Positions 30,609 through 40,760 of a stretch of DNA of 64,000 nucleotides are shown here, piece after piece. Below the pieces are notes generated by a model, which was not told the DNA's origin, made no database searches, and saw only the letters and a list, made by a program, of their open reading frames with translations. Origin of the DNA: Alphaproteobacteria bacterium (GTDB lineage: Bacteria; Pseudomonadota; Alphaproteobacteria; Bin95); assembly GCA_965205265.1 (NCBI GenBank), contig CBDBGH010000003.1, positions 4,256,001 to 4,320,000 of the forward strand, given 5' to 3'. Positions within the stretch are counted from its first letter, which is position 1. Each line of letters opens with the position of its first letter. The translations under genes were made by a program, and so were the position numbers.

Positions 30609-32315
30609 TCAGGCCACGTCGACAAAATCGAAAATTCCGGAGCCCTCGGTCAGTTCCGAATGATCGAAATTCTCCACCGTTACCGAAAAAGTCCCGGCCT
30701 TGTTGGTGATCAGAGCGTTCGCTCCAACCTGAGAGATCACCAGATCGTCGTAGTCCAAGCCCTCGATCCTGATCCGATCCTCGACGCGCTCCTCGCGCGT
30801 CGAGCCGGTCTTGTTGAACTCGAAATCCGTGACGATGTCGAACCCATTTCCGTCGAAAACAAAAAAATCCTTGCCGTCGCCGCCCGTCAGGGTATCGTTG
30901 CCCGTGCCCCCTGCCAACAAGTCGGCGCCATCGCCGCCCTTCAACGTGTCGTCGCCAATGAGGCCATAGATTTTGTCGTTGCCCCCCATGCCGTCCATGA
31001 CATCGTTATCTGCCGTGCCCCGAAAGCTCGAATTCGGGTTATCGGTGTCATTGATCTTGCGGGTTATCGTGCCGAGGCCCGCGAATTGCCCCTTGCCGAT
31101 TTCAAGCGCATCTTTTCCCTTCAGCGTGATCGAACTGTCGCCGTACTCGATCAGGGTGTTCTGGCCAACCTGCGAGATCGTAACGTCGGTGGACGAGTTG
31201 GCATCGCCGTTGCGAAAAACGATGGTCTCTTTGTCGTCCTTCGTGAAGTCGGTGATCACATCCTTGCCGTTGCTGATGCTCGTATCGAAGACAAAATGGT
31301 CGCTGCCGCCCTTGCCGGAAATGATGTCATTGTCTTCGGTGGACTGAAGTTCCCGATCAACCGATTCGGTACCGTCGATCTTGCGGGTTATCGTGCCAAT
31401 GCCCCCGAGATCGGCTCTGGTGATATCCAGCGCAACCACATTCTCCAGCGTGATCGAACTGTCGCCGTATTCGATCAAGGTGTCGAGGCGCGTTCCGCCA
31501 CCGACCTCGACCGCCACCTGAGAGATCGTGACATCGATGGACGCCTCGGAAGCGCCGTTGCGAAAGGTGATCGCATCGTCGCCATTGCTGAAACCGACAA
31601 TCGAATCAGCGCGTTTGCTGATTTCGTTGCCGACCTTGACAAGGAAATTCTCCTTGCTTCCGGTGGCCTGAACGGGCTCGGCGGCCGGAGTCGCCGTGAC
31701 ATCCACACCACGGAACAGGGATCCAACGCCGACGAAATCCGCCTTGCTGACTTCGTCTACACCCACACCCGTCAGGGTGATCGTGCTGAAATTCTTACCA
31801 CTGCCATACTCAATCCGGGTGTCATTGCCGACCTGAAAGACCGTGATATCTATGGGGTTGCTGCCTTTTTTGAAATTGACGAAATGGATCTCCTCGCCAT
31901 TCTCGAAATCCTTGATCGTGTCATTTCCGTTACTGTAATCGGCAATCACGAACTCAAATCTATCGGTGCCGTCGCCGCCCGTAAGCTCATCATGGCCCGC
32001 CATGCCGACAAGGATATCCGTGCCCGCACCACCAAACAGGTAGTCATCGTCCAGCCCGCCAACGAGAACATCGTTGCCATTGCCGCCGTAGAGCCAGTCG
32101 TCGCCTCGACCACCCCAGAGCGTGTCGTTGCCGTCCTCGCCGTAGATCCGGTCGCGGCCGTTGCCACCCCAGAGCGTGTCATTGTCACCTTTACCCCAAA
32201 TTGTGTCGCGGTTTCCCCAGCCGTCAATCTCGTCGCGCCTTGGAGTGCCATGGAGATCGTTTTTCTCGTCGTCTCCATTGATTCTACCGTTACCGGGGGT
32301 CGGTTCGTTGGCCAT
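30609..32315 (-). CDS. RTX (hemolysin-type Ca-binding) repeat protein
   Basis: Many GGxGxDxL nonapeptides and four 'DxFxF...DxIxDF...ITL' modules; RBS GAGGA; lower GC than flanks. Confidence 0.88.
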   Translation of the reverse strand: MANEPTPGNGRINGDDEKNDLHGTPRRDEIDGWGNRDTIWGKGDNDTLWGGNGRDRIYGEDGNDTLWGGRGDDWLYGGNGNDVLVGGLDDDYLFGGAGTDILVGMAGHDELTGGDGTDRFEFVIADYSNGNDTIKDFENGEEIHFVNFKKGSNPIDITVFQVGNDTRIEYGSGKNFSTITLTGVGVDEVSKADFVGVGSLFRGVDVTATPAAEPVQATGSKENFLVKVGNEISKRADSIVGFSNGDDAITFRNGASEASIDVTISQVAVEVGGGTRLDTLIEYGDSSITLENVVALDITRADLGGIGTITRKIDGTESVDRELQSTEDNDIISGKGGSDHFVFDTSISNGKDVITDFTKDDKETIVFRNGDANSSTDVTISQVGQNTLIEYGDSSITLKGKDALEIGKGQFAGLGTITRKINDTDNPNSSFRGTADNDVMDGMGGNDKIYGLIGDDTLKGGDGADLLAGGTGNDTLTGGDGKDFFVFDGNGFDIVTDFEFNKTGSTREERVEDRIRIEGLDYDDLVISQVGANALITNKAGTFSVTVENFDHSELTEGSGIFDFVDVA

Positions 32316-32565
32316 GGCCTATTTTCCTCTGCTGTTGTGATGGGGCTGACGCCCGGAACGATGCCAGCTTCGCGAACAACGCGCAACCGAGCATCACCTG
32401 CTCCTTGCATCCCCGGCCGATCCATAGCCGGGCCGGAACGTCCGGTCAACGCCGGAGCCGCCGGAGCCGTCGTTGACTCATGTCCCAAGTTTCCGAAACC
32501 ACGAGCGTGGCCGATGTCTTTCCTTGCCGACACACTGAAATTTCTGCGCAGACCTGGAGCAGCTA

Positions 32566-33852
32566 TTACCCGTATAAGCTGTTGCCAATGGCGTTCATAT
32601 CGAAATATTCTGCATGGACATAGTCGAAGTTGAAATCCTCCCCGGTGATCTGCGACGCCTGTATTCCAACCAAGGTGACGGATCCGCTGTCCCAGGTGAT
32701 CACGGTGTTCTCGCCCGACTGGCTGATCGTGAGATCCTCAAACTTCGTTTTGAGCGCTTCACCAACAATCGACGCCGGAACTGATTTAAATGCCAAAATG
32801 TCCGTCCCGTCCTCGAAATCCTCAATCGTCGCATGGCCGCCGTAATGCATCCAGGATTTTCTCGCGAGGACGAAAATATCGCTGCCCGCGCCGCCGTGGA
32901 GCGTATCATGGCCGCCTGGGCCAACAGTAAGAATGCCGTCTGGGCCATAAGTACGAATGCCGTCTGGGCCAACAGCAAGAATGTCGTTGCCCTCACCGCC
33001 ATGGAGCGTGTCGTTGCCCTCGCCGCCGTAGAGCCAGTCGTTACCTGCGCCACCGTAAAGGGTGTCGTTGCCCTCGTCGCCCCAGATCCCGTCCATGCCG
33101 TCGCCGCCTCTGAGCGTGTCGTTGCCGTCGCCGCCTTCGAGGCGATCATTGCCGTTGCCACCCTCCAACGTGTCGTTGCCGGCGCCGGCATGGAGTTCGT
33201 CGTTGCCGGCGCCGCCGTACAGCTTGTCGTTACCCTTGCTGCCATTCAGGTCGTCGTCGCCGCCACCGCCGTAGAGGGTGTCGTCGCCGTATTCGCCGGC
33301 CAGCCAGTCGTTGCGCTTGCCGCCGTATATCTTGTCGTTGCCGTCGCTGCCAAGGATAACGGCGTCGAAGTTGCTCCAGCCGCCGCCGATGCCTCCGTCA
33401 GTGTCGTAGTCGACATGCCAGGTGAAGCCCCTGGGCAGCGCGAAGTCGTCCCCATCGAGGGTGTCCGCCGACACACCTGTCAGCCTGATGGTGTCGCCAT
33501 CGCCGTAGCGAACAAGGGCATCGGCGCCGTCCTGCTCAATGACCAGCCCCGCGAACCCGCCCGCCTCGCCGTCGATGCGAATCGTGTCGCCGTCTTCAAA
33601 GTCGGCAATGGTGTCGTGACCGTCCCCTGCCCTGAACACGAAGGTGTCGTCGCCCAGGCCGCCCCTCATCCAGTCGTCACCGTGTCCGCCGTTCAGAGTG
33701 TCGTTGCCCTTGCCGGCCCTCAGCGCGTCGGCGCCCATGCCGCCGTTAAGAATATCGTCACCTTTGCGGCCCTTCAGGGTGTCGTCGCCGTCCCCACCGT
33801 CGAGGGTATCGGCGCCCGTGCCGCCGCGAAGCTTGATGCCTTCAACCGTCAT
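32566..33852 (-). CDS. RTX (hemolysin-type Ca-binding) repeat protein
   Basis: Long GGxGNDxL arrays and a C-terminal T1SS-signal-like module; RBS GGGGAG. Confidence 0.9.
   Translation of the reverse strand: MTVEGIKLRGGTGADTLDGGDGDDTLKGRKGDDILNGGMGADALRAGKGNDTLNGGHGDDWMRGGLGDDTFVFRAGDGHDTIADFEDGDTIRIDGEAGGFAGLVIEQDGADALVRYGDGDTIRLTGVSADTLDGDDFALPRGFTWHVDYDTDGGIGGGWSNFDAVILGSDGNDKIYGGKRNDWLAGEYGDDTLYGGGGDDDLNGSKGNDKLYGGAGNDELHAGAGNDTLEGGNGNDRLEGGDGNDTLRGGDGMDGIWGDEGNDTLYGGAGNDWLYGGEGNDTLHGGEGNDILAVGPDGIRTYGPDGILTVGPGGHDTLHGGAGSDIFVLARKSWMHYGGHATIEDFEDGTDILAFKSVPASIVGEALKTKFEDLTISQSGENTVITWDSGSVTLVGIQASQITGEDFNFDYVHAEYFDMNAIGNSLYG
32917..32988. repeat. 3 x 24-nt tandem repeat within the RTX gene
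   Basis: TGGGCCAACAGTAAGAATGCCGTC / TGGGCCATAAGTACGAATGCCGTC / TGGGCCAACAGCAAGAATGTCGTT. Confidence 0.85.
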
Positions 33853-33974
33853 TGTTCATTCTCCCCTTGGTGAAGCCGCCGCGACGCGACGGCGTCCCCG
33901 GCCCCGATCCGCGCCCGACAGCCGGCCGTCAAGTAATCGATATAAGCCCCAAATGTTTCCCCGGCTGCCCCTGC

Positions 33975-33989
33975 GGGGGGGGGGGGGGG
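33975..33989. repeat. G15 homopolymer upstream of the RTX genes
   Basis: 15 consecutive G, about 120 bp 5' of the RTX start at 33852. Confidence 0.9.
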
Positions 33990-34171
33990 TAAACGCCACT
34001 CTGTCTGCCATGTCGACACTCCCAATAATGGTACGTAGGCGCACACCGACGCACCGCGCAAGAAACTGCCCTTGCGCTCGCACGACGAGTTTGGCTACCC
34101 ACCGTCCTTCAATCATGGCCGATTCAGAAGCCGATTGCAAACCACATGGAGAAATGGGTGACGTAAGAATT

Positions 34172-36087
34172 CCTGACTTCGACGGTTGGGCTGACTTCTG
34201 ACCGATCTCGCGTCTGGAGTTTTCAGTAAAGCCAATGAGTTGGCAGTTGCGGTGCGGTCAAGCTGCGTTGTAGTGCCTAGTAAATCTTTGAGACTGTCAA
34301 TGCCTCCGCCACGCGCTACACTCCCCCCATGTTCGTGCGCATCAAGACCTCCCCCAACAGCCCGCGACGCTCGGTCCAGATCGTCGAGGCCGTGCGCGAC
34401 GGCGGCAAGGTCCGACAGCGCATCGTCCGCCATGTCGGCGTGGCCATGGACGAGGACGAGCTCGAGCGCCTGAGGCAGCTCGGCGAGTACGTCAAGGCGA
34501 AGCTGGAGGACGAGCGTCAGCCGGCATTGTTTGCGCCCGAGAAGATCGCTGAGCAGGCGATCCGTGTCGGCCGCCGGGGGGACGGCAAGGAGGAACTCCC
34601 GGTCGACCTCAAGCAGCTTGAAGAGGAGCAGCGCCTGATCACAGGCATCCACGAGGTCTATGGCGAGATCTACCGGCTGCTGGGCCTCGACGCGCTGCTG
34701 CCGCGCTCGCGCTACCGGGCCTCCCATGACGCGCTGTTCCATGTGGTGATGGCGCGGGTAGCCAACCCCGACAGCAAGCGGGGCAGCGTGCGCCGGCTCG
34801 AGGAGGACTTCGGCGTGAGTCTTCCGCTCGAGAAGGTCTACCGGATGATGGATCAGCTCGACGCGACGGTGATCGAGCGACTGCGCACGCGCGTCGGCGA
34901 GGCGAGCCGGTCGCTGCTGCCGGAGCCGGTCGCGATCCTCTTCTTCGATTGCACCACGCTCTACTTCGAGACGGCCGCCGAGGACGAGCTTCGCCAGCAC
35001 GGCTTCAGCAAGGACGGCAAACACAAGGACTCGCAGGTTCTGCTGGCGCTGATGGTGACGCGCGAAGGGCTGCCGATCAGCTACGAGGTCTTCCCCGGCG
35101 CCACCTACGAGGGACACAGCATGGTCCCGGTCCTGCAGGACATGCAGCGCCGCCACCAGGTGGAGCGCACGGTATGCGTGGCCGACCGGGGCATGCTGAG
35201 CGCCGACAACCTCGACGCCATGGACGCCATCGGCGGCGAGTATGTCGTCGGCGCGCGGCTGCGCAAGCTGCCGCTCGCGCTGCTGGGGCAGGTTCTCGAC
35301 CCCGGGACCTATGCCCCGCTGGAGGGCTCACAGGACCGCCGGGTCGGCGAGTGGGAGTACAAGGGCCGTCGCCTGATCGTCGTCTTCTGCCCCCAGCGCG
35401 CACGCAAGGACGCGCACGAGCGCCGCCATCAGGTGGAACGCCTGCTCGACAGGCTGGCCCGCAGCGACAATCCCAGGGAACTGCTCTCCAATCACGGGGC
35501 GAAGCGCTTCATCGCCGTCGAGGGCGACGCACGGCTCACGGTGAACCCGGAGAAGATCGCCGAGGCCGCACGATGGGACGGGCTCACCGGCGTCATCACC
35601 AATCTGCGCGACGCGCGCGTCACCGAAGTGATGGCTCACTACCAGGGGCTCTGGCAGGTCGAGGAGAGCTTCCGGATCACCAAACACGACCTGAAGATAC
35701 GTCCCATCTGGCACTGGAACCCGGACCGGATCCGCGCTCACATCGCCATCGCCTTCCTGGCCTTCGCCTGCGTTCGACACCTTGCGTACCGCGTCGCCAT
35801 CCAGAAGCGGCGGATGTCCCCGGAGGTCATCCGCTCCGCCCTCGTCCACCGCCAGTGCTCCCTGCTGCGCTGTCGGCAATCGGGCAACCGCTACGTCATC
35901 CCCTCGAAGCCGACACCGGCGGCGGAGCAGATTTACGCAACCATGGGGCTGCCCCTGACGATCACCCCGTATCAACTCGCCTGACCGTCGACGAAGCACG
36001 GCTCGAAGAAATGCCGGATGTAGTGCCTAGCCGAAATGAGAACCAGGCAATATCAACTACTTATGCGAATCAACCGTCGAAGTCAGG
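34172..36087 (+). mobile_element. IS1634-family insertion sequence, copy 1 (1916 bp)
   Basis: 17-bp terminal inverted repeats CCTGACTTCGACGGTTG / CAACCGTCGAAGTCAGG; subterminal direct repeat TGTAGTGCCTAG; appears identical to copy 2. Confidence 0.92.
34329..35984 (+). CDS. IS1634-family DDE transposase
   Basis: FFDCTTLYFE, GFSKDGK, VADRGM, LWQVEESFRITKHDL.IRPIWH...RIRAHI. Confidence 0.92.
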   Translation: MFVRIKTSPNSPRRSVQIVEAVRDGGKVRQRIVRHVGVAMDEDELERLRQLGEYVKAKLEDERQPALFAPEKIAEQAIRVGRRGDGKEELPVDLKQLEEEQRLITGIHEVYGEIYRLLGLDALLPRSRYRASHDALFHVVMARVANPDSKRGSVRRLEEDFGVSLPLEKVYRMMDQLDATVIERLRTRVGEASRSLLPEPVAILFFDCTTLYFETAAEDELRQHGFSKDGKHKDSQVLLALMVTREGLPISYEVFPGATYEGHSMVPVLQDMQRRHQVERTVCVADRGMLSADNLDAMDAIGGEYVVGARLRKLPLALLGQVLDPGTYAPLEGSQDRRVGEWEYKGRRLIVVFCPQRARKDAHERRHQVERLLDRLARSDNPRELLSNHGAKRFIAVEGDARLTVNPEKIAEAARWDGLTGVITNLRDARVTEVMAHYQGLWQVEESFRITKHDLKIRPIWHWNPDRIRAHIAIAFLAFACVRHLAYRVAIQKRRMSPEVIRSALVHRQCSLLRCRQSGNRYVIPSKPTPAAEQIYATMGLPLTITPYQLA

Positions 36088-37289
36088 ACGCTGTTCACCT
36101 CCTTGAAGTCGCGTTGGTGGGCCAGATAGGCGTCGATCGCCCTGCTAGTATCCGGCGAGAACTGAATCGTCCCGAAGCCCGATGTCTGTCCTATCGCGTT
36201 GTAACGGATGCTCTCCTGGTCCGGGGCGATCGTGCCGGCGGGCAGTTGCAGCCGGTTGTATTGGCTGGAGCCGTGCACGTACAGGCTGGTGGTGCCGAGA
36301 TAGACGAGCGTGCTGTCGCGTGTGACCCGCTGGTTCTTCATCTGCGACGAGATGATGGACGGACTGGCATACCGGCGTCGGTAGTCGGCGCTGACCTGCG
36401 GGCTGAGCATCAGCAGCGCAACCAGCTTGCCCCCAAGTATTCGATTGTAGGGCGCGATCGCGCCGCAGGTGGTGATCTCGAGCAGATTGGCGCCGGCCCG
36501 CCGCCCCTTCAGCGCCTCCAGGACGATGTTGACCGCGCTTCTTACCTTGTCCTTTCCGAGCGCCGCAGGCGCGCGCTCTGGATCTGTCAGCTCTTGCCTG
36601 TGTTCGGCGATGACGAGCCGGGCCGACAGCAGACGCGACAATGCCGAAGCCCGCTTTCTGGCCACGAGTTGCTTCCGAGCGATGTGCATGCGCGCGTCGG
36701 CGGACGCCTTGGGCTCGAGCCTGAGGATGTCGTCATCGACCGGAGGCGCCGCCTCATCGTCCCAGAGATCGGCTTCGAACCGGTCCTTCTCTGACCCCGC
36801 AACCTCCTTGAGCAGGGTCTCGCGCAACTCCGAGAACTCCTGACCGCGCTGTACCAACCGACCGATAACCGCATGGTCGGGAGATTCAACTTCTTCCGCC
36901 GTGACCAGATTGGTCCACTCGATTTCCGCAAGCGACCTCTCAACCTGTCGCTCCAGCCATCCGACTTCCTCCTCAAGCGCCGCCTTGCCCCTCACGGCGG
37001 CACCGGTGAACCGTTCGACGATCGCCGCAAAATGCCAGCCGATGTATCGCTCGCGCCCCTCGCCCATTTCGAGGGGACAATTGTTGAGCGCAGCGATGCC
37101 GATGACGGGATGCGCCGGGTGCGCGCCGTCTCTGACGAGGTAAAGGAGCTGCCGTCCCGGCGTCGGCACCTGGGGAATCGACCAGCTGTACCGAAAATAG
37201 CGCCAGATCTCGCGCAGACGGCGTCCGGTGGTCTGATCCACGCTCATGTCAGCTTCCTGGAGGTACGGCTTGATGGCGACGCTCAAGGC
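36088..37289 (-). pseudogene. druA: Druantia DruA (DUF4338) gene, middle fragment, truncated by IS copy 1
   Basis: PGRQLLYLVRD..HPVIGIAAL, CGAIAPYNRILGGKLVALL, TTSLY..SSQYNRL, GQTSGFGT. Confidence 0.75.
37105..37289. repeat. 185-bp direct repeat (left copy of IS target duplication)
   Basis: Identical to 39206-39390 (ACGGGATGCG...GCTCAAGGC). Confidence 0.92.
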
Positions 37290-39205
37290 CCTGACTTCGA
37301 CGGTTGGGCTGACTTCTGACCGATCTCGCGTCTGGAGTTTTCAGTAAAGCCAATGAGTTGGCAGTTGCGGTGCGGTCAAGCTGCGTTGTAGTGCCTAGTA
37401 AATCTTTGAGACTGTCAATGCCTCCGCCACGCGCTACACTCCCCCCATGTTCGTGCGCATCAAGACCTCCCCCAACAGCCCGCGACGCTCGGTCCAGATC
37501 GTCGAGGCCGTGCGCGACGGCGGCAAGGTCCGACAGCGCATCGTCCGCCATGTCGGCGTGGCCATGGACGAGGACGAGCTCGAGCGCCTGAGGCAGCTCG
37601 GCGAGTACGTCAAGGCGAAGCTGGAGGACGAGCGTCAGCCGGCATTGTTTGCGCCCGAGAAGATCGCTGAGCAGGCGATCCGTGTCGGCCGCCGGGGGGA
37701 CGGCAAGGAGGAACTCCCGGTCGACCTCAAGCAGCTTGAAGAGGAGCAGCGCCTGATCACAGGCATCCACGAGGTCTATGGCGAGATCTACCGGCTGCTG
37801 GGCCTCGACGCGCTGCTGCCGCGCTCGCGCTACCGGGCCTCCCATGACGCGCTGTTCCATGTGGTGATGGCGCGGGTAGCCAACCCCGACAGCAAGCGGG
37901 GCAGCGTGCGCCGGCTCGAGGAGGACTTCGGCGTGAGTCTTCCGCTCGAGAAGGTCTACCGGATGATGGATCAGCTCGACGCGACGGTGATCGAGCGACT
38001 GCGCACGCGCGTCGGCGAGGCGAGCCGGTCGCTGCTGCCGGAGCCGGTCGCGATCCTCTTCTTCGATTGCACCACGCTCTACTTCGAGACGGCCGCCGAG
38101 GACGAGCTTCGCCAGCACGGCTTCAGCAAGGACGGCAAACACAAGGACTCGCAGGTTCTGCTGGCGCTGATGGTGACGCGCGAAGGGCTGCCGATCAGCT
38201 ACGAGGTCTTCCCCGGCGCCACCTACGAGGGACACAGCATGGTCCCGGTCCTGCAGGACATGCAGCGCCGCCACCAGGTGGAGCGCACGGTATGCGTGGC
38301 CGACCGGGGCATGCTGAGCGCCGACAACCTCGACGCCATGGACGCCATCGGCGGCGAGTATGTCGTCGGCGCGCGGCTGCGCAAGCTGCCGCTCGCGCTG
38401 CTGGGGCAGGTTCTCGACCCCGGGACCTATGCCCCGCTGGAGGGCTCACAGGACCGCCGGGTCGGCGAGTGGGAGTACAAGGGCCGTCGCCTGATCGTCG
38501 TCTTCTGCCCCCAGCGCGCACGCAAGGACGCGCACGAGCGCCGCCATCAGGTGGAACGCCTGCTCGACAGGCTGGCCCGCAGCGACAATCCCAGGGAACT
38601 GCTCTCCAATCACGGGGCGAAGCGCTTCATCGCCGTCGAGGGCGACGCACGGCTCACGGTGAACCCGGAGAAGATCGCCGAGGCCGCACGATGGGACGGG
38701 CTCACCGGCGTCATCACCAATCTGCGCGACGCGCGCGTCACCGAAGTGATGGCTCACTACCAGGGGCTCTGGCAGGTCGAGGAGAGCTTCCGGATCACCA
38801 AACACGACCTGAAGATACGTCCCATCTGGCACTGGAACCCGGACCGGATCCGCGCTCACATCGCCATCGCCTTCCTGGCCTTCGCCTGCGTTCGACACCT
38901 TGCGTACCGCGTCGCCATCCAGAAGCGGCGGATGTCCCCGGAGGTCATCCGCTCCGCCCTCGTCCACCGCCAGTGCTCCCTGCTGCGCTGTCGGCAATCG
39001 GGCAACCGCTACGTCATCCCCTCGAAGCCGACACCGGCGGCGGAGCAGATTTACGCAACCATGGGGCTGCCCCTGACGATCACCCCGTATCAACTCGCCT
39101 GACCGTCGACGAAGCACGGCTCGAAGAAATGCCGGATGTAGTGCCTAGCCGAAATGAGAACCAGGCAATATCAACTACTTATGCGAATCAACCGTCGAAG
39201 TCAGG
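37290..39205 (+). mobile_element. IS1634-family insertion sequence, copy 2
   Basis: Same terminal repeats as copy 1, offset by 3118 bp; flanked by the 185-bp direct repeat. Confidence 0.92.
37447..39102 (+). CDS. IS1634-family DDE transposase
   Basis: 551-aa protein identical to that of 34329..35984. Confidence 0.92.
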   Translation: MFVRIKTSPNSPRRSVQIVEAVRDGGKVRQRIVRHVGVAMDEDELERLRQLGEYVKAKLEDERQPALFAPEKIAEQAIRVGRRGDGKEELPVDLKQLEEEQRLITGIHEVYGEIYRLLGLDALLPRSRYRASHDALFHVVMARVANPDSKRGSVRRLEEDFGVSLPLEKVYRMMDQLDATVIERLRTRVGEASRSLLPEPVAILFFDCTTLYFETAAEDELRQHGFSKDGKHKDSQVLLALMVTREGLPISYEVFPGATYEGHSMVPVLQDMQRRHQVERTVCVADRGMLSADNLDAMDAIGGEYVVGARLRKLPLALLGQVLDPGTYAPLEGSQDRRVGEWEYKGRRLIVVFCPQRARKDAHERRHQVERLLDRLARSDNPRELLSNHGAKRFIAVEGDARLTVNPEKIAEAARWDGLTGVITNLRDARVTEVMAHYQGLWQVEESFRITKHDLKIRPIWHWNPDRIRAHIAIAFLAFACVRHLAYRVAIQKRRMSPEVIRSALVHRQCSLLRCRQSGNRYVIPSKPTPAAEQIYATMGLPLTITPYQLA

Positions 39206-39909
39206 ACGGGATGCGCCGGGTGCGCGCCGTCTCTGACGAGGTAAAGGAGCTGCCGTCCCGGCGTCGGCACCTGGGGAATCGACCAGCTGTACCGAAAATA
39301 GCGCCAGATCTCGCGCAGACGGCGTCCGGTGGTCTGATCCACGCTCATGTCAGCTTCCTGGAGGTACGGCTTGATGGCGACGCTCAAGGCCTCGACCCTT
39401 TCCTCGCCTTCGAGCTCGCGTGCCGGCTCCAGCCTTGCCGCCAGCTCCGCTCCGTCCGCCATGAGCAGCCGCACGCTGCGCCGGCCCGAATGGTCTTCTC
39501 GTTCCATTCTGGCGATGAAGTCCAGGACGGCGGGGTGCCGCTTTTGCTCATCGACAACGGGCTGGAGCTCGCGGCGCAGGATGTCCTTGCTGGCTTTCAC
39601 CTCCGCTGTCGGGCGCCCCCGTACGCTTTCCTTGCGATTCTCCAGAGCGAAGCCGTAGCCCTGTTCGACGATGCGCCAACGCAGCCGCGCCAGATCGGAC
39701 AACACCCGAATGCACGCTTCATAGGCCAACACCTTCTCTCTGCCGCACGTCGCAGATCGACACCAGCCTATCTCTTCCTCCAATGCACGACCCATGTCGT
39801 CCGCGTCTTTACCATTACCCGAATGCTGGGCGCATGCGAGTCTCGTCGCGAACGCATGAAACCGCTCGGCGGCCTCTCCATCCAGAGGTGGATAAATCGG
39901 TACGATCAT
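39206..39909 (-). pseudogene. druA: Druantia DruA gene, 5' fragment, interrupted by IS copy 2
   Basis: ATG at 39909; reads into LREIWRYFRYSWSIP..PGR, which continues in frame on the far side of the IS. Confidence 0.75.
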
Positions 39910-40178
39910 GAGCCTTCAGCGCCCGGAACCAGCCGCCTTACAGGAGAGACAAATGAATTGAACGTGAACGGGGTCATCCCGTGCAGGTGCTCGGGAGACT
40001 CTCGTTCTGTATCTCGGCCACTATTGATCCGCGATCCAACAAATCCGGTATGATTCCCGCTTTCCTTGCCCAAGCCGCCACGCCGACGCGCGCCCAGACT
40101 GCTTGAGCCGTTCTGCTCCGTGAGTTCGTTACCCGGCTCGGAGAGGCTGCCGACGAACATCGCCATCCTATCGCCATC

Positions 40179-40520
40179 TCACCGCTTCAACGCGCCTGTC
40201 ATGGCAAGCATCTCCAGTACGACATCCTCCGCCACCGGTTCTGAAGACGCTCCCCCGGTACTCACCCCCTCTCTGAGCGGCTTACCCGGCTTGAACTCCG
40301 GAACTTTGGAAGCAGCTATCTCCACAGCCTCGCCGGTACGGGGTTTGCGCCGGATGCGCACTGGACGCTTTCTCGTGCCGAATCGGGCGCTCCGCAAGGC
40401 GTCGCCGCTCGCGAGAGCCTCACCGGTCGCGTCGAAGACGCCCTCGACCGCATCCCTCACCGCGGTCTTGCTCATGCGCATTCGCATGGCCAGACGCCCG
40501 GAGAGTTCCGACTTGTTCAT
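40179..40520 (-). CDS. HU/IHF-family DNA-binding protein (divergent, possibly decaying)
   Basis: MNKSEL...EALASGD...FGT..R.R..RKPRTGEAVEIAASKVPEFKPGKPLRE; the canonical GRNP arm is altered. Confidence 0.72.
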   Translation of the reverse strand: MNKSELSGRLAMRMRMSKTAVRDAVEGVFDATGEALASGDALRSARFGTRKRPVRIRRKPRTGEAVEIAASKVPEFKPGKPLREGVSTGGASSEPVAEDVVLEMLAMTGALKR

Positions 40521-40760
40521 CCCCGCGCTCCCGTCCGGATCAAGAGGGTTCCGTCGCAAACTGAGTAGCATGTTGCTTCGGCCGATGCGATATCGCCGCG
40601 AGCCAGGCGAGCCCTCCCGGGGACGATCAGCCCCGAAGCTGTCCACTCACGCCTGTCGGCATTCGACCCTCTCCAGGCACGCCGGCATCCAGCCATGCCG
40701 CTCCCGAAGCTGCCAAGCCTCATGCCTCGGCCAGCAACGAATCGCCGGTCATCGCGCCTT

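Noticed and set aside
32917-32988. Short repeats as a possible CRISPR array
   Set aside because: In-frame 24-nt coding tandem repeat with no unique spacers; no cas genes in the window.
36057-39909. ORFs 36057-37286 and 39175-39909 as two independent genes sharing the tail LTSTVDSHK
   Set aside because: The shared tail is read-through into the IS end; both are fragments of one druA gene.
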